From IMG/VR virus record IMGVR_UViG_3300022602_000029, positions 32,001 to 96,000 of that record: 64,000 bases of DNA. One strand, 5' to 3'. The position numbers and the translations under genes were made by a program. Below, piece by piece: positions 10,862 through 20,622 of the stretch. The notes beneath the pieces are model-generated. The model was given only the letters and a program-made list of their open reading frames with translations, was not told where the DNA came from and ran no database searches. The stretch's first letter is position 1, and each line of letters opens with the position of its first letter. The stretch is from a virus.

Positions 10862-12213
10862 CTATCATAGCAGGCCCAGTTATATCATCGGGACTAATCT
10901 ATTTCTCAGATCCAGGTAACAAAAAAAGCTATAATCCGTCTGAGAATCTATATCCCCAAAGCGAAACGTTAAATGCGGGAGGATATAGTTTTATAAACGA
11001 TGCACCTAGCCCTTATTATCAAGTAAACTCCGGTGGACCTTATGGTGGAGTGTACTTTGTTACTACTGTCACTACCTATTCAGGAAATTATTGGTTTGAA
11101 TGGGGGAATACAGTCAGCCTTAATGCAGGAGATACTGTGACACAGACATGGCATGTTAGGCCTTATGTTACTGCTACCAACACGATGACACAGATCCAAC
11201 TACAGTTATGGACAGGAGCAGGTAGGGCATGGACCACTACCCGACTAGTTACTTTTAATCTAGGTAGTAATCCTAGCGTATCTGGTTATAGTTATAGCAC
11301 TAGTCAAACTGGGGCCATATCAGTATTAGATAATGGATGGTATAGGATCAGTCAAACAGCAACTGCTGATCAATCAGGTTATAGTGGTATGAGTCTTTTT
11401 GTAGGGAGCCTATCTACTACAGGTACGACCTATCATTTTGCGGCAGCGCAGATAGAAAAAAATCCTCAGTTCACTGGCTACACTCCTACCTATGGTACAG
11501 CTATTACGAGAGCCACAGGGTTATCTGATCTCAGTCTGACCAGTAGTACACTCAGCACATTCGTAAACGGCAATGCTGTCTATTATCCTGCCAACGGAGG
11601 ATATCTTAATCTAGGTCCTGCGAACTACATATCAAATAATATCACTAACTACGCCTATATCAACACACCATTATCTGGAATCAGATTCAGCGCTACAAGT
11701 GATTTTACGATTTCTACTTGGTTTAACTTTGGCAATAACTTCTCCACATTGACTAATATCATGGGAACATTAGCAGGTTCGTTATATTTCAATGGTTGGG
11801 GATTGCAGTGGTTTGGTAATACTACTACCTATCAAATCAGCACTTGGGTTCGTACTAGTGTAGGTATAGTGGGATGTTATGGCGTCTATGATTCGGCTGG
11901 TCCGGGAAATGGTTATAACTGCAACACCAGCACATGGTATAATGCTACCATGGTATACAGTACTATCAATGCTTACCATGCTATCTATGTCAATGGACAG
12001 CTGGCTAACATAGCTAATCCTCCATTAACTACTGGAACATTCGTAGTAACTAACCCTAATTTTAATTTAGGTAGCAGTAACGGAGCGGGAGGAGGTGCTA
12101 CACAGGTACCATTTCCTGGATCATTTGGCCCTACCCAGGTCTACAATCGTATGCTATCGTCGGATGAGATACAGCAGAACTTCAACGCATATAGAGGAAG
12201 ATACGGATTATGA
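10858..12213 (+). CDS. LamG lectin protein with inserted spike-fibre/CBM-like domain
   Basis: Paralogue of 9506 with the same architecture; ends QQNFNAYRGRYGL; ATGA overlap. Confidence 0.7.
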   Translation: MTIIAGPVISSGLIYFSDPGNKKSYNPSENLYPQSETLNAGGYSFINDAPSPYYQVNSGGPYGGVYFVTTVTTYSGNYWFEWGNTVSLNAGDTVTQTWHVRPYVTATNTMTQIQLQLWTGAGRAWTTTRLVTFNLGSNPSVSGYSYSTSQTGAISVLDNGWYRISQTATADQSGYSGMSLFVGSLSTTGTTYHFAAAQIEKNPQFTGYTPTYGTAITRATGLSDLSLTSSTLSTFVNGNAVYYPANGGYLNLGPANYISNNITNYAYINTPLSGIRFSATSDFTISTWFNFGNNFSTLTNIMGTLAGSLYFNGWGLQWFGNTTTYQISTWVRTSVGIVGCYGVYDSAGPGNGYNCNTSTWYNATMVYSTINAYHAIYVNGQLANIANPPLTTGTFVVTNPNFNLGSSNGAGGGATQVPFPGSFGPTQVYNRMLSSDEIQQNFNAYRGRYGL

Positions 12214-12971
12214 GTCTAACACACAGTCCCCAAATAGTGACCAACGGACTAGTATACATGGTCGATTCGGCTAGTCCCAAGTGTTGGAACGGCACAGCTA
12301 CAAATATCAACGCCTTGATCAACTCAGGATCAAGCACATTGAGCGGTAGCGGAGCAGTGCCCACCGCTTGGTGGGGAGATACCAGCTACTATAAAACACG
12401 TACATTGGCCATAAACAGCAATACTACCAGCACCAGCCAGCTACAGCTCAATAATATAGACCTAAACGCACTGGCATTAACCGGTAATTTGACCATAATG
12501 TACGCGGCACAGAAAATATATTATGGTCTAGGACCCAGCTCTGGCCCGGGAAACAGCGCATTTTTCAACGCCAGTTATAGCGGATATACAGAAGGATGGC
12601 GCATAACCGAAGGCAATCAAGGAACACCCGGAAGTCCTTTTACTGGACAACATTCCTGGAGCTTAGGATTTCCAGATGTGCAGGCTGGACTCACGGTAAA
12701 CGATATTAATAGTAACGTCAATAGGATGAACATAGTGGCATTTACTGTCAATCCCACAACTATAGCAGGATGGTGCAATGGTACCTATATAACCAGGACC
12801 AACCCACAGAACTATATCAGTGGTAGTAATAACTGTATATTTGCGGGGAGAGAAGGGGGAGAAGGAAGTTTTAATGGCCTATTGGGATTCATGATGTTTT
12901 ACAATCGTGCCCTGACACTTACTGAAATACAGCAGAATTTCAATGCCATGCGCGGCCGCTATAACTTATAA
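12210..12971 (+). CDS. Single-domain LamG lectin protein
   Basis: PQIVTNGLVYMVD...FYNRALTLTEIQQNFNAMRGRYNL. Confidence 0.7.
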   Translation: MSLTHSPQIVTNGLVYMVDSASPKCWNGTATNINALINSGSSTLSGSGAVPTAWWGDTSYYKTRTLAINSNTTSTSQLQLNNIDLNALALTGNLTIMYAAQKIYYGLGPSSGPGNSAFFNASYSGYTEGWRITEGNQGTPGSPFTGQHSWSLGFPDVQAGLTVNDINSNVNRMNIVAFTVNPTTIAGWCNGTYITRTNPQNYISGSNNCIFAGREGGEGSFNGLLGFMMFYNRALTLTEIQQNFNAMRGRYNL

Positions 12972-12974
12972 ATA
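12967..12974 (+). promoter_or_regulatory. Late promoter TATAAATA upstream of the giant fibre
   Basis: Exact T4 gp55 consensus, 21 nt before ATG. Confidence 0.7.
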
Positions 12975-12995
12975 CTGGATAAACGGTAAAACTAC

Positions 12996-15900
12996 ATGGC
13001 CTATAGCAATCAGAATTTGACAATAATACCAAATATTGGTAATCCAAATGATGTCCCACAGATAGTATTCACAGCCAGCAATACTTCTACCACCTCTACT
13101 ATAGTATTGCGAGCCTATGCTATCAACGGCGGACAGCTGAGTTTTGAAGGTAGCGCCGGACAGTTATTCAGTATCAACAACAGCCTAGTTGGTACTATAT
13201 TTTCAGTAAACGACATATCCGGTATCCCTAGTATATCAGTGACAGATACAGGTACTGTAGCACTGGCTCCCTTCAACGGTTATGTCACTTTAGGCAGCAA
13301 CGTTCCTAGTTTTAGTACCAATACCGGAGCATTAGTGGTATCGGGCGGTGTTGGAATAAGCGGAAATCTAAACGTAGGCGGACAGATCACAGGTGGCGGT
13401 GGATCTTTTGGTACAGGTACAGCAGCCACTCCTACGCTAGCAGGTGTCGTATATGCTATCACTACGGCTAGCACACAGTGTTATAACGTAGCTTTAGGAT
13501 GGCAAGGCCTTGTCTCTAACACCCTGGGATTCTGTAACGTAGCCATAGGTTACCAGTCTCTTAGATCTAATACAGCCGGTTGTTACAATACCGCAGTTGG
13601 TACCTGCGCTCTTTACTGCAACACCACTGGTAATCTTAACGTAGGTGTCGGTATCAACGCACTACAGTGCAATAGTTCGGGATATGACAATACCGCTGTT
13701 GGCGCGGACGCACTACAGGGCAACACTTATGGTAACTGTAACGTAGCTATTGGTACGTTCGCTATGCAGTGTAGTAAATCGGGTATAGGCAACGTAGCTA
13801 TAGGCTATGGATCCATGAATCTCAGCGTCAGCGCTAGTAATAATGTAGTTGTTGGTATCTCCGCTATGTTCTGTAACGCTGGGGGAAGTTTCAATACCGC
13901 TCTAGGTAGCGGTGCGCTACAACGAAATACTAATAGTGTAGCTAATACTGTTATAGGATATAATTCTATGGCGCTTGCTACGGCCGGTGCCAGCTATAAC
14001 ACGGCGATAGGTAATCAAGCTCTTTTCAATAACAGTGCTAGTTATCAGGTAGCTGTAGGTTATCAGGCGATGTGTTGCAACACTACAGGAGCGAGAAATA
14101 CAGCTATAGGAACTTTGGCTCTATCGAAAAATACCTATGGCTGCATGAACACGGCACTGGGTTACGGTGTTATGCAGAATAATGCTACTGGTAACTTTAA
14201 TATAGGCATAGGTTATACAGCATTATATGGTAACACCACAGGCAATGCGAATGTAGCCATAGGCATACAGAGTTTGTGCACTAACACCAGCGGTAACAAA
14301 AACATCGCTATCGGTTGGGACTCTATGAAACAGAACACCATTGGTTACATGAACGTGGCCATAGGTGGATATGGAGCTCTATGTGGAAATACCTACGGTA
14401 ACTGTAACATAGCGATAGGTGCCTGTAGTCTGAATAATAACAAATCCGGATGTAATAACATAGCATTAGGTAGTAATGCGCTTTATTCAAATTGCGGTGG
14501 TAAAGATAACTTCGCCGCTGGGGCATCTGCTCTATTTGCCAATACAGCAGGTTGTGGTAATATAGCCGTGGGAACCCTGGCTCTTACCTGCAACACCACT
14601 GGCAGCAATAACATAGCATTAGGATGCTGTTCTCTACTCAATAATACTACGGGAACCAACAACTTCGCCGCAGGCTACAGCGCGATGAAATTTAATACCT
14701 ATGGGTATAGCAACATCGCTATAGGAAACCAGGCATTGGTCAATAATATCGGAGGTTATTATAACACGGCCCTGGGAATCAGCGCATTAGGTTGTAATAC
14801 TTTTGGTAACAATAACTTCGCGGCAGGCGAATGTGCTATGGCCTCGAATACTGGCGGTAATATTAACATAGGTATTGGATTCCAATCTCTATATTTTAAT
14901 ACAACAGGTTGTAATAATATCGCCTTAGGTAACCAAGCTCTTCTCTGTAATACTACCGGTATTAATAACTTTGCCGCTAGCTCTAATGCCTTGAAGGCTA
15001 ATACTGTTGGATCTGATAACGTAGCTATTGGATATTTCTCTCTATGTAACAATACCACAGGTAATCATAATATAGCCCTAGGGTGTCAGTCATTATTCAG
15101 TAATACCACAGGTTTTAACAACGTGGCCCTTGGCAATCAGGTCATGTTCTGCAATACCACAGGAAACAATAACTTTGCTTCCGGATGTAATGCTCTATAC
15201 TACAATACTGGCGGAGGCAGCAATAACCTAGTGATAGGCCAGTATGGCATGTTCTGTAACATAAGTGGTAACTACAACATAGCATTTGGACTTCAAGCTA
15301 TGCGTTGTAACAGCTACGGTAGTTGTAATATCGCTATAGGTGCTTGTTCACTTTTCTCTAATACGACAGGTATTAATAACATTGCATTTGGTCCTAACGC
15401 TATGCAGAAAAACACCTACGGTAGTAATAACTTTGCCGCAGGTTGTACAGCACTACAAGCCAACATAAGTGGTAATAATAATTTTGCGGTAGGATGCCTA
15501 GCACTATATGGTAATACCGTCGGATGCAACAACGTTAGTATCGGAGTTAGCACGTTAAAATGTAATACTGCAGGTTTAAATAATACTGCTATCGGCTGTC
15601 AGGCTCTTTACTGCAACACCACTGGTAGTAATAACTTCGCCGCAGGTTCAACAGCTCTTAAAAATAACACTTCGGGACTATATAATACCGCTATCGGCGC
15701 TGCCGCACTTTTTGGTAATACCTATGGGCAAAATAATATAGGTATCGGTTGTTATGCCTTGTTATGCAGTACCACTGGATGTAACAACCTAGCATTAGGT
15801 GGAAATTCACTATATAGCAATGCCAGCGGTTCTAACAATATCGCTATTGGCTGTAATAGCATGTATGCCAGTGTGGGTGGTTTCAACAATATAGCTTTGG

Positions 15901-18900
15901 GATATTATGGATTAAAGGCTAATACTACAGGTAATAGTAATATAGCGCTAGGTTACAAATCATTATATGGTAACACTTCTGGCACCAACAACACCGCAAT
16001 AGGTTACGGCAGCCTCAAGTGCAACACCACTGGCTGTCAAAACATCGGCATAGGTATTGCCGCAGGATGCCTAATCACAGTTGGAAATAATAACGTAATC
16101 ATAGGCGGTTATGGAGCAGTAAACTTCGCCAACAGCAACAGCAACATCATATTGGCTACTGGTGCAGGCACAGTACAACATCTATTCAACGCCAATGGCG
16201 CTGTTAGTTTTGGATCTACCAGCTCATTTGGTACCAGCGGGCAAGCACTGATTTCTCGAGGTCCTAGTAGCACACCATGTTGGGGTACGGTCAGTGGCAG
16301 TTCTCCTTCTCTAAACACCTATTGCTCTTTCTACGTAACTAGTCCTACTATCAGCACTAGCGGTATCAATAACTTTGCCGTAGGTTGTTGCTCATTCACT
16401 AATAATGCCAACGGTGCCAACAACTTTGCCGTTGGATACGGTGCGCTTTACGCTAATACAGTTGGATCTAACAATATAGCCATAGGCTGTAATTCTCTGC
16501 GTTCAAATCTAGTAGGTACACTGAATATAGCGATGGGGCAGGGGGCCTTGTATAATAATACCGCAGGTAACTACAACGTAGCTATGGGACTTAACGCCAT
16601 GTGCGGCAATCTATGTGGTGCTAACAACTTTGCCGCGGGCTTTGGCGCCCTACAAGGTACTAACCATATCGGTTGTTATAATATCGCTATCGGTTCAGCG
16701 GCTTTACAAAGCAACTGTGCGGGATCTTTCAATACTGCGTTGGGTGATCAGGCCCTAGCCAACAACTCTATAGGTTGTTACAACTTTGCTGTTGGATTAT
16801 TTCCACTACTAGCTAATACAGCAGGTAACAACAACACAGCCATTGGTTACGGTACTTTAAAATGTAATACCACAGGTGCTAATAATATTGCTATGGGCTA
16901 TGGCGCTTTAAAGTGTAATACCATTGGAGGCAATAATACAGCGATCGGATGCTGTTCACTTTACTCCAATACTGCTTCTAATAACATAGCATTAGGAGCC
17001 TTTTCACTTGCACTTAACACCACAGGTACTGGTAATGTAGCTATTGGAATAAGCGCACTTCAGTGTAATACTCGTGGCGGTTGTAATATAGCATTAGGAA
17101 CCAACAGCCTATACTGTAATACCACCGGTGTTGCCAACATCGCAGTAGGAACCTGTAGCCTTGCTGGCAATACCTCTGGCTACTATAATACAGCATTAGG
17201 AGGTACGAGCCTACGCAACAACTCCTATGGAAACTCTAACATTGCGGTGGGATATGGTAGCCTCTGTACTAATACTGTTGGTAATTGTAACACCGCAGTG
17301 GGTAACTACAGCCTCCGTTGCAATACCTGTGGCAGCTACAATACTGCATTAGGTTATGGATCGCTTACAAATAACACCACCAGCAACTTTAACGTCGCTG
17401 TCGGATTCAACAGTCTCTGCTCCAACACCACAGGAAACTGCAATACCGCAGTAGGCGCCAGCAGTCTATTCCAAAATACCTCGGGCTCAAGCAACGTCGC
17501 ACTAGGTTTTAGTAGCCTCCGGTATAACACTACCGGCTGCAATAATGTGGCAGTGGGTTCTTCCAGTCTCTATGGTAATACCGTTGGTCAAAATAATGTG
17601 GCAGTGGGAAATAACGCTTTATGTGCTAACACCACTGGCAACAACATGACTGCTATAGGTTATGGGACTCTCCGGAATAACACTACTGGAGTAGGTAACA
17701 CCGCAGTAGGTACCCTCAGTCTCTCTGCGAATACGACTGGTGCCTGTAACACTGCTATAGGTAATCAAGGCCTCTTCAATAATACTTCTGGCAGCTGCAA
17801 CACCGCGTTAGGAGGTCTAGCCCTCTATGCTAACACCGGTGGCAACTACAACGTCGCATTAGGTTACAATAGTCTCTATAGAAATACTACCGGCAACTGT
17901 AATGTCGCTGTAGGAGCATGTAGCCTCTACGGTAATACCGTAGGCAACTACAACGTCGCAATAGGCCATCTCAGCCTCCGATGCAACACCGCTGGCAACT
18001 GCAACGTCGCAATAGGATTAAGAGCTCTTTATTATAATACTACCGGAGGCAACAATATAGCAGTGGGCTACGGTAGTCTTTATGGTAACACCAGTGGTTG
18101 TAATAATGTCGCACTAGGTACTAATAGCCTCTTTTCCAACACCACTGGCATACAAAACTCCTCTGTAGGCGCCTACAGCCTACGTAATAACACATATGGC
18201 GTCTGCAATGTAGCATTCGGCGCCTGTACCCTCTACTGCAACTCTAGCGGCAGCTATAACTCTGCTGTAGGGATGCAGGCACTTTATAATAATACCACTG
18301 GCAGCTACAACACGGCCTTAGGTATCTATGCACTATACGGCAATACCGCAGGTGTCGGTAATACAGCAGTGGGCGCATGTGCATTAAAATGTAATATCAG
18401 TGGCAATAATAATATAGCTATTGGCCTATCGGCATTATACAATAATACCACCGGCACCCTCAACACCGCAATAGGCGCTTGTAGCCTCTTCTGCAACACC
18501 ACCGGCGGCTACAATACCGCATTAGGTTACCAAAGCCTCCGTAGTAACACTTCTGGCACCAGCAACGTCGCGATAGGTAACAACAGCCTCTACAACAACA
18601 CCAAAGGCCTCTGCAACACTGCTGTAGGTAACAACAGCCTCTACTGTAATACAACTGGCGTCGGTAACATCGCAGTAGGCACTTACGGCCTCTATGCCAA
18701 CACTACTGGCTCTCGTAACACCGCAATAGGAGTCTTCGGCCTCTACTGCAATATCACTGGCATCAATAACACCGCAGTGGGTGCTTACAGCCTCTATAAG
18801 AACTCTACTGGCGGCTACAACACCGCATTAGGTGTCTGCAGCCTCTACAACAACTATGGTGGTAGTTGTAACACCGCACTAGGTTACAACAGCCTCCTCA

Positions 18901-20585
18901 ACAACACCACTGGCTTCAACAACACCGCATTAGGCTTATTAAGTCTCCAAGCTAATACCGTCGGCAACAACAACACCGCAGTGGGCAACCAAAGCCTCCG
19001 CTCCAACACCACCGGCGGCTATAACACCGCATTAGGTCTCAACAGCCTCTACTTCAACACCGGTGGCTGCTTCAACACCGCAGTAGGTACCAGCAGCCTC
19101 TCCTCAAACACCACGGGTGCCTGCAACACCGCAGTAGGTTACGGTAGCCTCTACAGCAACACGTATGGCTACAACAACACCGCATTGGGTCTCAACAGCC
19201 TCTACTACAACACCACTGGTTGCTCGAACACAGCAATAGGTCTCAACAGCCTCTACAGCAACACGTATGGCTACAACAACACCGCATTGGGTCTCAACAG
19301 CCTCTACTACAACACCACTGGTTGCTCGAACACAGCAATAGGCAACAGCACCCTCTACTGTAACACCACCGGCAACAACAATATCGCGATAGGTGCCGGT
19401 AGCCTCTACGGAAATATCACTGGCGGCAACAACACGGCAGTAGGTAACAATAGTCTTTATAGTAACACCTTCGGCATGTGTAACACCGCACTAGGTTACG
19501 GCAGCCTCCGGTTTAATACCACTGGCAGCTGTAACACCGCAGTAGGTCTCAACAGCCTCCGCTCCAACACCACCGGCGGCTATAACACCGCATTAGGTGT
19601 TTCTAGCCTTTTCTGCAACACCACAGGTGCCCGCAACACCGCAGTAGGTTATGGTAGCCTCTACAGCAACACCACTGGCTGCGCCAATATCGCAATGGGC
19701 CACTATAGCCTCTACGCAAACACCACTGGCTGTCAAAACATCGGCATAGGTATTGCCGCAGGATGCCTAATCACAGTTGGAAATAATAACGTAATCATAG
19801 GCGGTTATGGAGCAGTAAACTTCGCTAGTAGCAACAGCAACGTCATATTGGCTACTGGCAATGGAACTGTTAGAGAACTATATAACGCCAATGGCGCTGT
19901 TAGTTTTGGTTCTACCAGCTCATTTGGTACTAGTGGACAGGTATTGACATCACAGGGGCCAGGCAGCGCACCTATATGGGCCACAGGTGGTGGTGGTAGT
20001 TTAACCACAGGTACCTTAAACATCAGCGAACAGACGGTGGTATCTAGCACCAACACGTTCTCTGTATCGGGAGGTTATGTACCGGGAAATCTACAGGTAT
20101 TTGGAAATGGTATCTTACTGGGGTCAGCAGACTATACAGCTACTACCAGTCCAACAGTCATAGTCAACAGAGCACGTAATCCAGGCGACGTCATGCGTTT
20201 CCAAGCTCTGACCACTAACTTCTATACCACTAACACCTACGCCTATTCAGTACAGGAAATAACAGCCACGACTGGACAGACTATCTTTACCATTCCCGGT
20301 GGTTACAAAGTGGGTGCCACTGAAGTATTCCTTAACGGTATACTGTTAGATAGCCCCGACTATACGGCAACTAATGGTACTACAGTCGTACTGACCACAG
20401 GAACTGGTGTCGTCACTGGTGCTATATTAAGGACCCACAGTTTCAATACAGTCAACATATCGGGCGCTTTACCATTAAGTGGTGGAGTTATCAGCGGATC
20501 TATAAATGTCAATGGTACGATCAAACAAAACAACGTCAGTATTATAGCGTTAAATGCTGCCATGAGTCTAGCATTGGGCGCATAA
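12996..20585 (+). CDS. Giant (2529 aa) tail fibre/adhesin with two arrays of Cys-rich 17-aa repeats
   Basis: About 50 + 66 repeats (hand estimate) separated by a cap module; N-terminus AGQLFSINNSLVGTIFSVNDISGIPSI is typical of phage fibres; two C-terminal Ig-like modules; terminal AAMSLALG helix. Confidence 0.8.
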   Translation: MAYSNQNLTIIPNIGNPNDVPQIVFTASNTSTTSTIVLRAYAINGGQLSFEGSAGQLFSINNSLVGTIFSVNDISGIPSISVTDTGTVALAPFNGYVTLGSNVPSFSTNTGALVVSGGVGISGNLNVGGQITGGGGSFGTGTAATPTLAGVVYAITTASTQCYNVALGWQGLVSNTLGFCNVAIGYQSLRSNTAGCYNTAVGTCALYCNTTGNLNVGVGINALQCNSSGYDNTAVGADALQGNTYGNCNVAIGTFAMQCSKSGIGNVAIGYGSMNLSVSASNNVVVGISAMFCNAGGSFNTALGSGALQRNTNSVANTVIGYNSMALATAGASYNTAIGNQALFNNSASYQVAVGYQAMCCNTTGARNTAIGTLALSKNTYGCMNTALGYGVMQNNATGNFNIGIGYTALYGNTTGNANVAIGIQSLCTNTSGNKNIAIGWDSMKQNTIGYMNVAIGGYGALCGNTYGNCNIAIGACSLNNNKSGCNNIALGSNALYSNCGGKDNFAAGASALFANTAGCGNIAVGTLALTCNTTGSNNIALGCCSLLNNTTGTNNFAAGYSAMKFNTYGYSNIAIGNQALVNNIGGYYNTALGISALGCNTFGNNNFAAGECAMASNTGGNINIGIGFQSLYFNTTGCNNIALGNQALLCNTTGINNFAASSNALKANTVGSDNVAIGYFSLCNNTTGNHNIALGCQSLFSNTTGFNNVALGNQVMFCNTTGNNNFASGCNALYYNTGGGSNNLVIGQYGMFCNISGNYNIAFGLQAMRCNSYGSCNIAIGACSLFSNTTGINNIAFGPNAMQKNTYGSNNFAAGCTALQANISGNNNFAVGCLALYGNTVGCNNVSIGVSTLKCNTAGLNNTAIGCQALYCNTTGSNNFAAGSTALKNNTSGLYNTAIGAAALFGNTYGQNNIGIGCYALLCSTTGCNNLALGGNSLYSNASGSNNIAIGCNSMYASVGGFNNIALGYYGLKANTTGNSNIALGYKSLYGNTSGTNNTAIGYGSLKCNTTGCQNIGIGIAAGCLITVGNNNVIIGGYGAVNFANSNSNIILATGAGTVQHLFNANGAVSFGSTSSFGTSGQALISRGPSSTPCWGTVSGSSPSLNTYCSFYVTSPTISTSGINNFAVGCCSFTNNANGANNFAVGYGALYANTVGSNNIAIGCNSLRSNLVGTLNIAMGQGALYNNTAGNYNVAMGLNAMCGNLCGANNFAAGFGALQGTNHIGCYNIAIGSAALQSNCAGSFNTALGDQALANNSIGCYNFAVGLFPLLANTAGNNNTAIGYGTLKCNTTGANNIAMGYGALKCNTIGGNNTAIGCCSLYSNTASNNIALGAFSLALNTTGTGNVAIGISALQCNTRGGCNIALGTNSLYCNTTGVANIAVGTCSLAGNTSGYYNTALGGTSLRNNSYGNSNIAVGYGSLCTNTVGNCNTAVGNYSLRCNTCGSYNTALGYGSLTNNTTSNFNVAVGFNSLCSNTTGNCNTAVGASSLFQNTSGSSNVALGFSSLRYNTTGCNNVAVGSSSLYGNTVGQNNVAVGNNALCANTTGNNMTAIGYGTLRNNTTGVGNTAVGTLSLSANTTGACNTAIGNQGLFNNTSGSCNTALGGLALYANTGGNYNVALGYNSLYRNTTGNCNVAVGACSLYGNTVGNYNVAIGHLSLRCNTAGNCNVAIGLRALYYNTTGGNNIAVGYGSLYGNTSGCNNVALGTNSLFSNTTGIQNSSVGAYSLRNNTYGVCNVAFGACTLYCNSSGSYNSAVGMQALYNNTTGSYNTALGIYALYGNTAGVGNTAVGACALKCNISGNNNIAIGLSALYNNTTGTLNTAIGACSLFCNTTGGYNTALGYQSLRSNTSGTSNVAIGNNSLYNNTKGLCNTAVGNNSLYCNTTGVGNIAVGTYGLYANTTGSRNTAIGVFGLYCNITGINNTAVGAYSLYKNSTGGYNTALGVCSLYNNYGGSCNTALGYNSLLNNTTGFNNTALGLLSLQANTVGNNNTAVGNQSLRSNTTGGYNTALGLNSLYFNTGGCFNTAVGTSSLSSNTTGACNTAVGYGSLYSNTYGYNNTALGLNSLYYNTTGCSNTAIGLNSLYSNTYGYNNTALGLNSLYYNTTGCSNTAIGNSTLYCNTTGNNNIAIGAGSLYGNITGGNNTAVGNNSLYSNTFGMCNTALGYGSLRFNTTGSCNTAVGLNSLRSNTTGGYNTALGVSSLFCNTTGARNTAVGYGSLYSNTTGCANIAMGHYSLYANTTGCQNIGIGIAAGCLITVGNNNVIIGGYGAVNFASSNSNVILATGNGTVRELYNANGAVSFGSTSSFGTSGQVLTSQGPGSAPIWATGGGGSLTTGTLNISEQTVVSSTNTFSVSGGYVPGNLQVFGNGILLGSADYTATTSPTVIVNRARNPGDVMRFQALTTNFYTTNTYAYSVQEITATTGQTIFTIPGGYKVGATEVFLNGILLDSPDYTATNGTTVVLTTGTGVVTGAILRTHSFNTVNISGALPLSGGVISGSINVNGTIKQNNVSIIALNAAMSLALGA
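16023..16129 (+). repeat. 107-bp exact direct repeat, copy 1 (copy 2 at 19719-19825)
   Basis: Compared base by base; similarity continues about 100 bp further. Confidence 0.9.
19146..19342 (+). repeat. Tandem duplication with 102-bp period (95 bp identical: 19146-19240 and 19248-19342)
   Basis: Encodes SLYSNTYGYNNTALGLNSLYYNTTGCSNTAIG twice. Confidence 0.9.
19719..19825 (+). repeat. 107-bp exact direct repeat, copy 2
   Basis: Identical to 16023-16129. Confidence 0.9.
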
Positions 20586-20591
20586 ACGAGA

Positions 20592-20597
20592 TAAATA
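20592..20597 (+). promoter_or_regulatory. Late promoter core TAAATA
   Basis: 25 nt before ATG 20623, with GGAG in the leader. Confidence 0.6.
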
Positions 20598-20622
20598 GAA
20601 AACATCGGAGATATAAAGAAAA

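Noticed and set aside
17300-19720. CRISPR-like array
   Set aside because: The 51-bp periodicity lies inside an intact ORF, units are degenerate codon repeats without unique spacers, and there are no cas genes.
12996-20585. Ice-nucleation protein (GYGS- and TxT-like motifs)
   Set aside because: The period is 17 aa rather than 16, the AGYGSTxTA consensus is absent, and the terminal domains are phage-fibre type.
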